DNA of 64,000 bases from Sedimentisphaerales bacterium (GTDB taxonomy: Bacteria > Planctomycetota > Phycisphaerae > Sedimentisphaerales > Anaerobacaceae), in contig OY970194.1 in assembly GCA_963708075.1 (NCBI GenBank), forward strand, positions 2,784,001 through 2,848,000. Direction: 5' to 3'. This document shows positions 8,812 through 19,501 of the stretch, one piece after another (positions within the stretch are counted from its first letter, which is position 1; every line of letters starts with the position of its first letter). Under the pieces are notes generated by a model, which had not been told where the DNA came from, ran no database searches, and was given only the letters and a program-made list of their open reading frames with translations. Both the position numbers and the translations under genes were made by a program.

Positions 8812-10599
8812 ATGGAGACAACCCTGAAGCATCGCAACTTGATTGAGCTGTTCAACCAGTCATTGGCCGCAGTCACCCCCCTCGACAAGATGTGTATCGA
8901 GATCATCCGGCCGGATCGTCACGAGACCATGACGTTCCGGCAGTTGAAGGAGCGGGCGGAGGCCTTCGCGACGTGGCTGTTGCATGAATCCGGTCTGCGT
9001 CACGGGGACAAGATCGCCCTCGTCAGTAAGAACCGCACGGATTGGGATGTCGCCCTGTGGGGCACGATTCTCGCCGGGATGATCCCCGTCCTGATCGATC
9101 CGGAGCGCGGGCCGCAAGGGGTGATCTCCCATCTCCTGAGCACAGACGCCCGCGGCCTGGTCATGGCGAACGACTACGAACATGAGGACGCCCGGTACGA
9201 GTTGGGCCAGTTCGCCGAGGCCCACAATCTCCGCATGGTGACGATGACGGATGGTCCCCTCTGCACAGTCAGTGTCCCGGACGCCATCGGCCTGGCGGGC
9301 ATCGAACGCCAGGTCAATCCGGAGGACACCGCCGTGATCCTGTGCACCTCCGGCACGACGGGTGACCCCCGCGAGGTGGAACTGACCCATGCGAATTTCG
9401 TCGCGAACATTCAGGGATCGGTGGCCAAGGTCGATATTACGCCGAGCGATGTCCTCGGCCACATCCTGCCGCCGCACCATTCCTTCGGTTTGACCGTGGG
9501 CAAGTTCCTCGCCCTGGCCGCCGGCGCTACGAACATCTACACGAACAAGTACCGAGAAGTGTCGGACCTGATCCGGGACAGACATATCACCATCTTCATC
9601 GCCATCCCGGCCCTGTACACCACCCTGGCCAAGAAGATCGAGGAGGGTCTGACCCGGCAGAAGAGGGAGAAGTGGACCATTGCCCTGCTCGACCGCTTCG
9701 CGCCGCGGTACCTCGGCCGCAAAGTCCGCGAGAAACAGGGCTGGACGCAAGTGCGATTCTTCCTTTCCGGGGCCGCGCCGATGCCCCGCTGGGTCCTGGA
9801 AGTCCTGTGGAAGCGGGGTTTCAAGATGTACGAAGGCTATGGCACGACGGAGAACTCGCCGGTGTATGGGTTCAACGACCGGCTGGAGACACTCGGCTCC
9901 GTAGGCAAGCCTATCGATACACTCGTGACCAAGATCGTGGATGACGACAACCGGACGTTGCCGCCGCGACAACGAGGCGAAATCTGCCTCGGCGGGCCGT
10001 GTATCATGAAAGGCTACTACAAGAACCCGAAGGCGAGCGAGGCCGCCCTCGACACCGACGAACAAGGCGTCCGCTGGCTCCATACCGGCGACCTCGGCTA
10101 CCTCGACGAGGAGGGCAACCTCTACATCACCGGCCGCAAGAAATACCTGATCATTCTGCCCGGCGGCAAGAACGTGAATCCCGAGCGCGTGGAGGCGGCC
10201 CTGTCGGAGGCCCGCTTCGTCAAGGAGGTGCTCGTCGTCCCGACGCGACGGCTGGACAGCAATGGGATCATGGAGGAATCCGTCCGAGCCCTCGTACTGC
10301 CGTCGTGGGAGCTTCTGGAAAGCCACACCGGCCGCAAACAGCGGGAGCTGCTCGCCGACCCGCAATTCGTCAAAAACCTCCTCTGGGAAAGCATCCGGGA
10401 CTGCCAGCAGAAGAACAAGCAGCTCTCCGGCTTCGAGAAGATCGCCGCTCACCACCTGGAGATCCACCCCGGCGAATTCGTCAAGACCTCCACCGGCAAG
10501 GTCAAACGCGAGCACTATATCAACCTCGAACACCTGGAGGCCAAGCACACCCCCATGGCCGAGTACACCGCCTCGCGAATAGCAAAGACCGGGACGTGA
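8812..10599 (+). CDS. AMP-dependent long-chain acyl-CoA synthetase
   Basis: TSGTTGDP, GYGTTE, WLHTGDLG, ITGRKK, KTSTGKVKR. Confidence 0.9.
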   Translation: METTLKHRNLIELFNQSLAAVTPLDKMCIEIIRPDRHETMTFRQLKERAEAFATWLLHESGLRHGDKIALVSKNRTDWDVALWGTILAGMIPVLIDPERGPQGVISHLLSTDARGLVMANDYEHEDARYELGQFAEAHNLRMVTMTDGPLCTVSVPDAIGLAGIERQVNPEDTAVILCTSGTTGDPREVELTHANFVANIQGSVAKVDITPSDVLGHILPPHHSFGLTVGKFLALAAGATNIYTNKYREVSDLIRDRHITIFIAIPALYTTLAKKIEEGLTRQKREKWTIALLDRFAPRYLGRKVREKQGWTQVRFFLSGAAPMPRWVLEVLWKRGFKMYEGYGTTENSPVYGFNDRLETLGSVGKPIDTLVTKIVDDDNRTLPPRQRGEICLGGPCIMKGYYKNPKASEAALDTDEQGVRWLHTGDLGYLDEEGNLYITGRKKYLIILPGGKNVNPERVEAALSEARFVKEVLVVPTRRLDSNGIMEESVRALVLPSWELLESHTGRKQRELLADPQFVKNLLWESIRDCQQKNKQLSGFEKIAAHHLEIHPGEFVKTSTGKVKREHYINLEHLEAKHTPMAEYTASRIAKTGT

Positions 10600-10606
10600 C
10601 CGAAGC

Positions 10607-10698
10607 CATTTACTATTTACAATTTATGATTTGCGATTTACCATTTGGTCCATGACTGGTGCATCCAATCGTAAATCGTAAATGGTAAATCATAAATC
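10607..10698. repeat. Inverted heptamer (GATTTAC-type) arrays forming a hairpin
   Basis: ATTTACTATTTACAATTTATGATTTGCGATTTACCATTT ... AATCGTAAATCGTAAATGGTAAATCATAAATC. Confidence 0.8.
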
Positions 10699-10716
10699 CG
10701 AAGGGAGGACCGTCAA

Positions 10717-11973
10717 ATGTCGCATACGCGCAAACCTACCGATGCATCCCGAAGCAGCAAGTCCCTGAGTCGCCGTGGCTTCATGGCCGGCGCGGGCGCC
10801 GCCGCGATGTCGTTCGCCGTGATCCGGCCGGGACTCGTTCGCGGGACCGCCGCCAACTCCAAAATCAATCTCGGCCTGGTCGGCTGCGGCGGACGCGGCA
10901 CCTGGATCGCCAAACTCTTCCGGGACAACGGCGGATACAACGTCACCGCCGTCGCTGATTACTTCCAGGATCGCGCCGACAACGCCGGCAACGAGCTCGG
11001 TGTCCCGCAGGCCAACCGCTTCACCGGCCTCAACGGGTATCTGAAGGTGCTGGAAAAGGTAGATGCCGTGGCGCTGGAAACCGCCCCGTACTTCCGCCCC
11101 GAGCAGGCGGCCGCCGCGGTCAAGGCGGGCAAGCACGTCTATGCCGCCAAGCCCGTCGCCGTCGATGTCCCCGGCTGCCAGAGCATTGAGGACAGCGGCA
11201 AGAAGTCCACGGCCAACAAGCGCGTCTTCCTGATCGACTTCCAGACGCGGGCCGATCCCTTCTACATGGAGGCCCTGCGGCGCGTGCATGACGAGAAGGC
11301 CATCGGAGAGATTGCGTTCGGCGAGGCGATCTATCATGCGCCCTGCCCGTTCGGGCGGATGTACGACACCTGGCACAGTGATCCGGAGAATGGCGAGAAT
11401 CGCCTGCGGGCCTGGGGCCTCGACAAGGTCCTCTCCGGCGACATCATCACCGAGCAGAACATCCACACGCTGGACGTGATGAACTGGATCATGGGCGTGC
11501 CGCCGCTATGGGCCGTGGGCACAGGCGGCCGCAAGATCCGGCCCGTCGGCACCTGCTACGATACCTTCAGCGCCCTGTTCCAGTATCCGAACAACGTCGG
11601 CATCACCTTCAGCTCACGCCAGATGGAAGGCCATGGCACGCAGCCCGAAGGCATCCGTAACCGCATGTTCGGAAGCGAGGGCATCCTTGAGACCGAGTAC
11701 GGCGGACAGGTGATCATCCGCGGTAAGCATTTCTACCGCGGCGGCTCCTCCCCGGCCATCTACCAGGAAGGCGCTGTGGCTAATATCAAGACCTTCTACG
11801 AGAGCGTCACCGGCGGCAAGTTCGACAACCCGACCGTCGAAACCAGCGTGCGAAGCAACCTGATCACGATCCTCGGGCGCACCGCCGCCTACGGCAACCG
11901 CATGGTCACCTGGGACGAGATGCTCAAGAGCAAGGAGAAACTGGACGCGAACCTCAAGGGCGTCAAAGCGTGA
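10717..11973 (+). CDS. Tat-exported Gfo/Idh/MocA oxidoreductase
   Basis: SRRGFM twin-arginine, GLVGCGGRG, GKHVYAAKPVA, EQNIHTLDV. Confidence 0.9.
   Translation: MSHTRKPTDASRSSKSLSRRGFMAGAGAAAMSFAVIRPGLVRGTAANSKINLGLVGCGGRGTWIAKLFRDNGGYNVTAVADYFQDRADNAGNELGVPQANRFTGLNGYLKVLEKVDAVALETAPYFRPEQAAAAVKAGKHVYAAKPVAVDVPGCQSIEDSGKKSTANKRVFLIDFQTRADPFYMEALRRVHDEKAIGEIAFGEAIYHAPCPFGRMYDTWHSDPENGENRLRAWGLDKVLSGDIITEQNIHTLDVMNWIMGVPPLWAVGTGGRKIRPVGTCYDTFSALFQYPNNVGITFSSRQMEGHGTQPEGIRNRMFGSEGILETEYGGQVIIRGKHFYRGGSSPAIYQEGAVANIKTFYESVTGGKFDNPTVETSVRSNLITILGRTAAYGNRMVTWDEMLKSKEKLDANLKGVKA
11410..11457 (+). repeat. 48-bp coding segment, copy 1 (inverted copy at 21321-21368)
   Basis: GCCTGGGGCCTCGACAAGGTCCTCTCCGGCGACATCATCACCGAGCAG; 45/48 identical to the reverse complement of 21321-21368. 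Confidence 0.95.
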
Positions 11974-11995
11974 AGGAATGTGTGAAGTCTGAAGT

Positions 11996-12103
11996 GGTAG
12001 GGTGTGCATCGCACACCATCTTCTACCCCATCGGCCGAGTGTTGGTGTGCGATGCACATCTTACCGACTCCGGGTGGCATCGTCAAGCAAAGCTTGGCGA
12101 TGG
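11996..12103. repeat. GTAG-type REP pair plus half of a GGGTGGCA element
   Basis: GTAGGGTGTGCATCGCACACC ... GGTGTGCGATGCACATCTTAC; GGGTGGCATCGTCAAGCAAAGCTTGGCGATGG at 12072-12103. Confidence 0.75.
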
Positions 12104-12173
12104 TTTACTGTAGCGTGACTGCCTGAGGTTTTTGGGCACGCGCCCTGACAGACACGTATCAAGGAGAAGACAC

Positions 12174-13067
12174 ATGATTCGCAGAGAAATCAGCCGGCGG
12201 GAGCTGCTCACGCGGACCGGCGGGGCCATCGCAGGCCTGACACTCGCCGCCTCCGGCCTGTCGCGTGGGCAGGAAACTGAGCAGAAGAGAAGGCCGAGAG
12301 GATTCAGGATCGGAGTCTGCGACTGGACAATTGGCAAGCGGACCGACCCGGCGGCCTTCGCGGCAGCGAAGAAGATCGGCCTCGATGGTGTCCAGGTCGA
12401 TTTCGGCGGTGGCGAGAAGGACCCGCCCCTCTTCAGCCCGGAATTGCAGAAGCGATACCTTGAAGAGATCAAGACCCAGGATATGCGGATCGCCTCTTTG
12501 GCAATGGGCGTGCTCAACGATGTCCCGTACAAGAGCGATGCCCGCGCCGAGAAATGGGTCGATCAGGCCATCGATGTCGCCCAGGCGATGCGGCAACGGA
12601 TCATCCTGCTGGCTTTCTTCGGTAAAGGCGATATCAAGAATGATGCGCCAGGCACCGACGCCGTGGTGAGTCGCCTCAAGAATATCATATCGAAGGCGGA
12701 GAAAGCCCGCGTGACGCTCGGTATCGAGTCGTGGCTCAGTGCCGAGGAGCACATCGCGATTCTCGACCGTGTCAACTCGCCCGCCGTGCAGGTCTACTAT
12801 GACGTCGCCAACTCACACAAGATGGGTTACGACATCTACAAGGAGATTCGCACGCTCGGCAAGCGCGTCTGTCAGGTCCACGCCAAGGACTACGACGACC
12901 TCTACGGCAAAGGCTCGATCGATTTCAAACGAGTCCGCGAGGCCTTGGATGAAGCCGGTTACCGTGGCTGGCTGGTGATGGAAGGCACGAAGATGCCGCT
13001 GGGCGTCGAGGAAAGCTGCAAGTACGACGCTGAGTACCTGAGAACGATCTTCCCACGTCAGGTATGA
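12174..13067 (+). CDS. Tat-exported sugar phosphate isomerase/epimerase (xylose-isomerase-like TIM barrel)
   Basis: SRRELL signal, LGIES, YYDVAN, QVHAKD, WLVME; AAGGAG RBS. Confidence 0.85.
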   Translation: MIRREISRRELLTRTGGAIAGLTLAASGLSRGQETEQKRRPRGFRIGVCDWTIGKRTDPAAFAAAKKIGLDGVQVDFGGGEKDPPLFSPELQKRYLEEIKTQDMRIASLAMGVLNDVPYKSDARAEKWVDQAIDVAQAMRQRIILLAFFGKGDIKNDAPGTDAVVSRLKNIISKAEKARVTLGIESWLSAEEHIAILDRVNSPAVQVYYDVANSHKMGYDIYKEIRTLGKRVCQVHAKDYDDLYGKGSIDFKRVREALDEAGYRGWLVMEGTKMPLGVEESCKYDAEYLRTIFPRQV

Positions 13068-13111
13068 TGCGTGTAGCGTTCGCATGTCATCCCGGGACGA
13101 AGGCGAAGCGT

Positions 13112-13184
13112 GTAGGGTGGGTTCTTAACCCACGCGTCCTTTGCGCTTCGATGGGTAACCGTGTGGGTCAAGGACCCACCCTAC
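13112..13184. repeat. Inverted GTAG-type REP pair
   Basis: GTAGGGTGGGTTCTTAACCCACGCG ... GTGTGGGTCAAGGACCCACCCTAC. Confidence 0.8.
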
Positions 13185-13243
13185 GAACTGCGTGCTGATT
13201 TGTGAGCCACGTAAACTGGAGATTGGAGAAAGGTAGGTTGACG

Positions 13244-14623
13244 ATGAGAAGACAGAGGAAGGTTTTCGTAGCCCTGCTAGCCCTGCTCATGACGGCTGTG
13301 GCCGTCGCGACGCCGCTCGACGATTACATTGCCAAGCCCGATCCGAGCTACACTTACAGCGTCGTCCAGACCATCGACAATCCGCTGGGCAAGGTGTACA
13401 TCATCGACATGAAGTCCCAGACGTGGCGCAGCGAGAAAGAAGTGAACCGCACGCTCTGGCAGCACTGGCTGACCATTATCGTGCCGAACGACGTCACCTC
13501 CAGCACCGCCCTGCTCTTCATCAACGGCGGCAGCAACAAGAATACCAAGCCGCCCAGCCCGGACATGATGCTCGCGCAGATCGCCGTGCAGAGCAAGACC
13601 GTCCTCGTGGATCTCAAGCAGGTGCCGAACGAGCCGCTGATTTTCGCGGACGATCCGGGCAACGAGCGCAGCGAGGACGCGATCATCGCCTACACCTTTG
13701 ACAAGTTCCTCAAGACCCAGGACCCGACCTGGCCCCTCCTGCTGCCCATGGTCAAGAGCGCCGTTCGCGCCATGGACACCGTCCAGGACCATTTGACCAA
13801 AGTGACCGGCGGCAAGGTTCAGATCAAGGACTTCGTCGTCGCCGGCGGCTCGAAACGCGGCTGGACCACCTGGCTGACCGCCGCCGCCGACAAACGTGTC
13901 CGGGCCATCGCCCCCATCGTCATCGACGTGCTCAACATGGGCCCGCAGATGCAGCACCATTTCGCCGCCTACGGCTTCTACTCCCCGGCCATCGGCGATT
14001 ATGAGCAGATGAAGGTCCTCGGCCAGCTCGACTCCCAAGTCGGCAGCCAAGTCCGCAAACTCATAGATCCCTACGAGTACCGCACTCGCTACACGATGCC
14101 CAAGTTCCTGATCAACTCGTCGGGCGACCAGTTCTTCCCGTGCGACTCGGCCCAGTTCTACTTCAAGGACCTTCCGGGCGAGAAATACCTGCTGTACTGC
14201 GCGAACACCGATCACGGCCTCAATGGCTCGGGCGCGGAGAAGGCCTTGCTGACATGGTACACCGCGGTCCTGGCCGGCAAGGAACGACCACAGTTCTCCT
14301 GGGATGTCGCCGGCGAGGGCCACATGGTCGTCACCGCCAAGACACGGCCGACGCAGGTCTTGCTGTGGACAGCGACCAACCCGAACGCGCATGACTTCCG
14401 GCTGGAGAAGATCGGCAAGGTATGGACGAGCTCGCCCCTGACTGGAAACGACAAGGGCATCTATGATGCCGCTGTGAAAGCCCCGGAGAAGGGCTGGACG
14501 GCATACTTCGTCGAGCTGCAGTTCGATTCGGGCACGCTGCTGCCCTACCGCTTCAGCACGGAAGTCCGCGTCGTTCCCGACACCCTGCCGTTCGCCGACA
14601 AGCTGAAAGCGACCGCGAAGTAA
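13244..14623 (+). CDS. PqaA-type (PhoPQ-activated pathogenicity-related) secreted alpha/beta hydrolase
   Basis: MKSQTW, W.HWL.I..P, LPMVKSAVRAMD, GGSKRGWTTW, DPY.Y, GDQFF..DS. Confidence 0.88.
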   Translation: MRRQRKVFVALLALLMTAVAVATPLDDYIAKPDPSYTYSVVQTIDNPLGKVYIIDMKSQTWRSEKEVNRTLWQHWLTIIVPNDVTSSTALLFINGGSNKNTKPPSPDMMLAQIAVQSKTVLVDLKQVPNEPLIFADDPGNERSEDAIIAYTFDKFLKTQDPTWPLLLPMVKSAVRAMDTVQDHLTKVTGGKVQIKDFVVAGGSKRGWTTWLTAAADKRVRAIAPIVIDVLNMGPQMQHHFAAYGFYSPAIGDYEQMKVLGQLDSQVGSQVRKLIDPYEYRTRYTMPKFLINSSGDQFFPCDSAQFYFKDLPGEKYLLYCANTDHGLNGSGAEKALLTWYTAVLAGKERPQFSWDVAGEGHMVVTAKTRPTQVLLWTATNPNAHDFRLEKIGKVWTSSPLTGNDKGIYDAAVKAPEKGWTAYFVELQFDSGTLLPYRFSTEVRVVPDTLPFADKLKATAK

Positions 14624-14644
14624 GAGACACTGGACAGGGCGATT

Positions 14645-17465
14645 ATGGTGACAAGGTCTTGTCAACCGCGAGGCGGGCTTCAGATCGCCGCATTGAGTCT
14701 GTTGCTCGCGGGAATCATAAGCCCCGCATCAGCGATTTTCTCCCGGCAACAGATCGAAGCCGATTGGGCGGTTCAGGACAGCTTGCGCGTTGCGGAGTCC
14801 CCTGTCACACCGGAGCAGGACGCCGCAGGCGCGTGCGACGGCATCAAGGACGGCCAGTGGGGCTTTCATACACAGCACGAAGACCGCCCGTGGTGGCAGA
14901 TCGATCTGGGCAGGTCATATGATCTGGACTGTCTGCGTTTGTACAACCGGACCGAGTTCGCGCAAAGGGCCGCCCGGCTGATCGTCCTGGTCTCAGGGGA
15001 TGGCAAGGACTTTCGCCAGGTCTATCAGCATGATGGGACGGTATTCCTCGGCCACGCGAACGGAAGCCCTCTCAAGGTGCCGCTCCACGCGGTCGCCGCA
15101 CGCTTTGTCCGCCTCCAGCTTCCCGGCACGGACTACTTCCATCTCGACGAGGTTGAGGTCTACCCGGCCGGGGGCGGGACGAACATCGCCCTGGGGAAAT
15201 CCTGCACGCAAAGCTCGGTCAGTCAGTGGTCCCGCAAACACGGCCGGCCGGATTCCACAATCCCGTCTGCTGATCTGGTTGTGGAGCGAGGATTGAGATT
15301 GGCCGACCGTCTGCGAGAGATGGGCGGCGACGTCGAAGCGAAGGTTGCCTCTCTCAGGACCATTGCAGGCCGCGCGGACAAAGACCAGGAATCCTATCAG
15401 CGAGCGAGATGGCTCGTTCGCGAAATGGCCCTGGCGAATCCGCTTCTGGATTTTGACAGTATCCTTTTCGTCAAGCGGGCTCCGGGGATGCTGCCGCACA
15501 TTTCCGACCAGTACTATGGCTGGTGGTCCCGGCCCGGCGGCGGCATTTACATCCTCGACAGCTTCAAGACCGCCTCGCCTCACCTGCGCTGTCTGACCGA
15601 CGGATGGCCCGAGGGCAGCTTTCTCCGGCCCGATCTGTCCTGTGACGGCAAGCGAGTCCTCTTTGCCTATTGCCGCCACTATCCCGACGTTGCGAAGATG
15701 GAGAAAGTGGATAAGACCCGGCTGCCGGAGGGTGCATTCTACCACGTCTATGAGATGAATATCGATGGCACGGGTGTCCGGCAGCTCACGCACGGGCGAT
15801 ACGACGACTTCGACCCGCGATACCTGCCGGATGGCGATATCGTCTTTCTTTCCACGCGCAAGGGTGTATTCCCCCAGTGCACGAAGGCCAACACCGCCGC
15901 CACGCTGGAACGGACTCTGCCGGACAGCTATGTCCGTTGCGGCGGCGACAACGTGCGTCCCTGCGCCATCTTCACGCTGCACACCATGAACGCGAATGGC
16001 GGCGACATACGTCCGATCTCAGCCTTCGAGAGCTTCGAGTACACCCCTTCCGTGGCCGAGGATGGATGCATCCTTTACACGCGATGGGACTATATCGACC
16101 GCTTCAACGGGCACTTCTTCAGTCTGTGGTCAGTCAACCAGGACGGCACCAATCCGCAGCTCGTGTACGGCAACTACACCGTCAAGCCGCAGGCGGTCCT
16201 GGAGGCATGCTCCGTGCCCAATTCGACCAGGATTCTCTTCACCGCCGCTGCGCACCATTCCACCGTGGGCGGCTCGCTCGTGCTGCTGGACCGCACCCGC
16301 GGCAACGAGTACGAAGCGCCGCTGACGCGTCTGACACCCGAAGTCCCCTTCCCCGAGACGGAGGAATGGCACGACACATATTACGCCAACCCCTATCCGC
16401 TATCGGAGGACTTCTACCTGGTTGCCTGGAGCACGCGCAAGCTCCCGCCGCACGCGGGCAGCACGCCGATCACGGATGACAACAACCCGGCCAATGCCCT
16501 GGGCCTGTACCTGTGCGACCGGTTCGGCAATCTGGAGCTGCTGCATCGCGACGAGCGGATTTCCAGCATGTACCCGATCCCGATTCGCCCGCGCAAGACC
16601 GCCCACGCGCAGTACTGAGGTAGACTGGGACGGCGTCCAGGAGGGCTCTCTTGTTGTCCAGGACATTTATCAGGGCCTGACCGGCGTCACGCCGGGGACG
16701 GTCAAGCGCCTTCGCATCGTGGCGGTGCCTCCCAAGGTCCAGCCGCACATGAATCAGCCCTGCATCGGCGTCTCGGCCGAAGACCCAGGCAAGTACGTCC
16801 TCGGCACCGTGCCCGTCGCGTCGGATGGCTCGGCGTTCTTCCGCATCCCGTCCGGCATCCCCGTTTTCTTCCAGGCCCTCGATGACAAGGGTTTGGCCCT
16901 GCAGACCATGCGGTCCCTGACCTATGTTCTGCCCGGCCAGACGCTCTCCTGCATCGGCTGTCACGAGTCCCGCGATCAGGCCCCGCCCACCGGTCATGTG
17001 CCGCTGGCTATGCGAAATGGCCCATCGAGACTGACTCCCGGCCCCGAAGGCTCCTGGCCGCTTCGCTTCGACCGGCTCGTCCAGCCGGTCCTCGACAAGC
17101 AGTGCACCGGATGTCATAATCCCGATGCCGGCGACACCAAGGCCGCCCGGTTCGATCTGACCGGGAAGAACGCTTATCGCAACTTGATCACGTTCGCCGG
17201 GAAAGACCTGGAGAAACTCGCGTTCGAAAAGGACAAATCCGAAGTCGGGCACGGCCCCGCCAGGGACAGCAAACTGCTCGCCCTGCTCTCGGAGGACCCG
17301 GCGCATAGGCAAATCGTGCTCGACCGGGACAGCATGGAGCGGCTGGCCACCTGGATGGATACCTATGCCCACCAGCAGGGCCATTTCAGTCCCGAACAGG
17401 AGAACCAGCTCATCGCGATCAAAGAACACTACTTCCATTTGTTCGATATTGAGGTGAGGAATTGA
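14645..17465 (+). CDS. Discoidin + beta-propeller HzsA-like c-type heme protein, split by a +1 frameshift at ~16595
   Basis: PWWQIDLG discoidin; DFDPRYLPDG.IVFLSTR and YTRWDYIDR propeller motifs; LGTVPV..DGSA, QALD..G.A.QTMRS; CIGCH and CTGCH motifs; removing one A at 16595-16596 gives ...PIRPRRPPTRSTEVDW. Confidence 0.8.
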
Positions 17466-18490
17466 AAGCATTACTCTACACGGCACCCTACACACTGGAG
17501 TACACGGATTGGCCCGAGCCGCAGGTTGGGGATGATGACATCCTGGTCCGCGTCAAGGCATGCGGCATCTGCGGGTCCGACGTAGCGGGCCATACCGGCA
17601 AGACCGGTCGGCGTTTGCCGCCTTTGATCATGGGCCATGAGGCCGCCGGGGTCGTCGAGCGAACGGGCAGACACGTCAAGGGCTTTGCGCCCGGCGACCG
17701 CATCTGCTTCGATTCCACCGTCTACTGCAATCAGTGCCCCGCGTGCAAGAAAGGCATGTACAACCGGTGCGTGAAGCGGCAGGTGCTCGGCGTCTCGGTT
17801 CCCGAGTTCAAGCGGCACGGAGCGTTTGCCGAGTTCGTGGCTGTCCCGCACTGGATCTGCGCCAAGCTGCCCGAGGGCATGTCCTTCGTGCAGGCCTGCC
17901 TGCTGGAGCCCGCCTCCATCGGCACGCACGCCGCCAATCGCCCGGCGATTTCGAAAGGCGATACGGTCGCCGTGATCGGCGCCGGGACCATCGGCCTGTT
18001 CATCCTGCAGGCCGCAAGGCTTCGCGGGGCAAAGGCCATCGCCTGCGACATCAACGATTTCCGGCTCGACCTCGCCAGGCAGGTCGGCGCTGATGCCTGC
18101 ATCAACTCCGCGAAGATCAACTTGAAGGAAGAGATCCAAAAGCGAACCGGCGGCCGCGGCGCCGATGTCGCGTTCGAGGCCGTCGGCTTTGGCGAGACCT
18201 TCCGCCAGGCGATCTCGATCACCAGGACCGGCGGCACCGTGGTGGCCGTCGGCAACCTCCAGAAGGAGACTGAGTTCAATCTGCAGGAGCTGGTCTCGCG
18301 GGAGCTGACGTTCATCGGGTCCTACGCCAGCGCGGGCGAGTTCCGGACCTGCATCGATCTGATCGCCTCCGGCAGGATCAACGTGGGCCCGCTCATCAGC
18401 GAGGTCTTGCCGCTCAAAGACGGGCCCGCCGCCTTCAAGCGATTGCTCGAAGGTAAAGAGAATCTGCTGAAGATCGTGTTGGAACCGTAG
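17462..18490 (+). CDS. Zn-dependent sugar alcohol dehydrogenase (MDR family)
   Basis: CGICGSD, GHEAAG, CxxCxxC...C, GAGTIG; TTG start overlapping the upstream stop. Confidence 0.9.
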   Translation: MKALLYTAPYTLEYTDWPEPQVGDDDILVRVKACGICGSDVAGHTGKTGRRLPPLIMGHEAAGVVERTGRHVKGFAPGDRICFDSTVYCNQCPACKKGMYNRCVKRQVLGVSVPEFKRHGAFAEFVAVPHWICAKLPEGMSFVQACLLEPASIGTHAANRPAISKGDTVAVIGAGTIGLFILQAARLRGAKAIACDINDFRLDLARQVGADACINSAKINLKEEIQKRTGGRGADVAFEAVGFGETFRQAISITRTGGTVVAVGNLQKETEFNLQELVSRELTFIGSYASAGEFRTCIDLIASGRINVGPLISEVLPLKDGPAAFKRLLEGKENLLKIVLEP

Positions 18491-18635
18491 CACGGGCATC
18501 TTACCCGTGTTCATGGGCACTCGCGCCCATGCCACTTGGAACTGATGGGTGGCATCGTCAAGGCCGAAGGCCTTGGCGATGGCTTACTTGAGTAACCATG
18601 AGACCATCGCCAAGCTGCGCTTGACGCTGCCACCC
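18488..18635. repeat. REP-like palindromes including a GGGTGGCA...TGCCACCC element
   Basis: CACGGGCATCTTACCCGTG and CATGGGCACTCGCGCCCATG hairpins; element 18547-18635 related to 57590-57675 and 63176-63266. Confidence 0.8.
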
Positions 18636-18676
18636 GATGACATTGGAGTGACCTTCGATTATCGGGAGTAATAACG

Positions 18677-19456
18677 ATGGAAAACCTGTTCGACTTGTCG
18701 GGAAAAGTGGCGATTGTGACGGGAACCAGCCGGGGCCTAGGCCAATATTTCGGCCGGGCGTTGGCCCAGGCCGGGGCGGACCTGGTCATTACCAGCCGGG
18801 ACGTGTCGCGTCTGAGACCGTTCAAGGAGGAGATCGAGGGTCTCGGCCGCAGGGCCCTGCCCGTCAAGCTCGACGTGCTCAACGAGGGTGACATCGCTAA
18901 CCTCGTCCCCGCGGCCCTCGCCGAGTACGGCAAGATCGATATCCTCGTCAACAACGCCGGCCTGAACATCCGCCATCCGGCTGTCGAGTTCACGTGGAAG
19001 GAGTGGGACACCGTCCTGAACACGAACCTCAAGGGCGCATTCTTCGTCGCCCAGACGGTCGGCAAGGAGATGATGAAACGCAAGTACGGCCGGATCATCA
19101 ATATCGGCTCGTGCACCTGTGTCTTCGGCATGGAGGGCATCAGCCCGTACTGCGCCAGTCGCGGCGGCATCCTGCAGATGAGCCGCAGCCTGGCCGCGGA
19201 GTGGGGTCGCCATGGCGTCACCGTCAACGTCCTCGCCCCCGGCTGGTTCAAAACCGCCCAGAACAAGATCCTCTACGAGAACAAGAAATGGGTCGAGTAC
19301 ATTGTCGACCGCATCCCCCTGGGCCGCCCCGGCCAGCCAAACGACCTCGACGGCACTGTGATCTTCTTAGCCTCCGACGCCTCCGCCTACATCACCGGCC
19401 AGATCATCCTGGTAGATGGCGGCTTCACCACCGGCGCCACCCGAGCCATCCCCTGA
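18677..19456 (+). CDS. SDR oxidoreductase (gluconate 5-dehydrogenase/KduD-like)
   Basis: TGTSRGLG, NNAG, YCASR (YxxxK variant), APGWF, DGG. Confidence 0.88.
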   Translation: MENLFDLSGKVAIVTGTSRGLGQYFGRALAQAGADLVITSRDVSRLRPFKEEIEGLGRRALPVKLDVLNEGDIANLVPAALAEYGKIDILVNNAGLNIRHPAVEFTWKEWDTVLNTNLKGAFFVAQTVGKEMMKRKYGRIINIGSCTCVFGMEGISPYCASRGGILQMSRSLAAEWGRHGVTVNVLAPGWFKTAQNKILYENKKWVEYIVDRIPLGRPGQPNDLDGTVIFLASDASAYITGQIILVDGGFTTGATRAIP

Positions 19457-19501
19457 TACCTTTGATTTCCCTGAGCGGATTGGAGCTTGAGCCTCATCGC
19501 G

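Noticed and set aside
14645..17465. Evidence of anammox (hydrazine synthase)
   Set aside because: Only the HzsA-like domain architecture common in heterotrophic planctomycetes; no hzsB/hzsC or hao genes nearby
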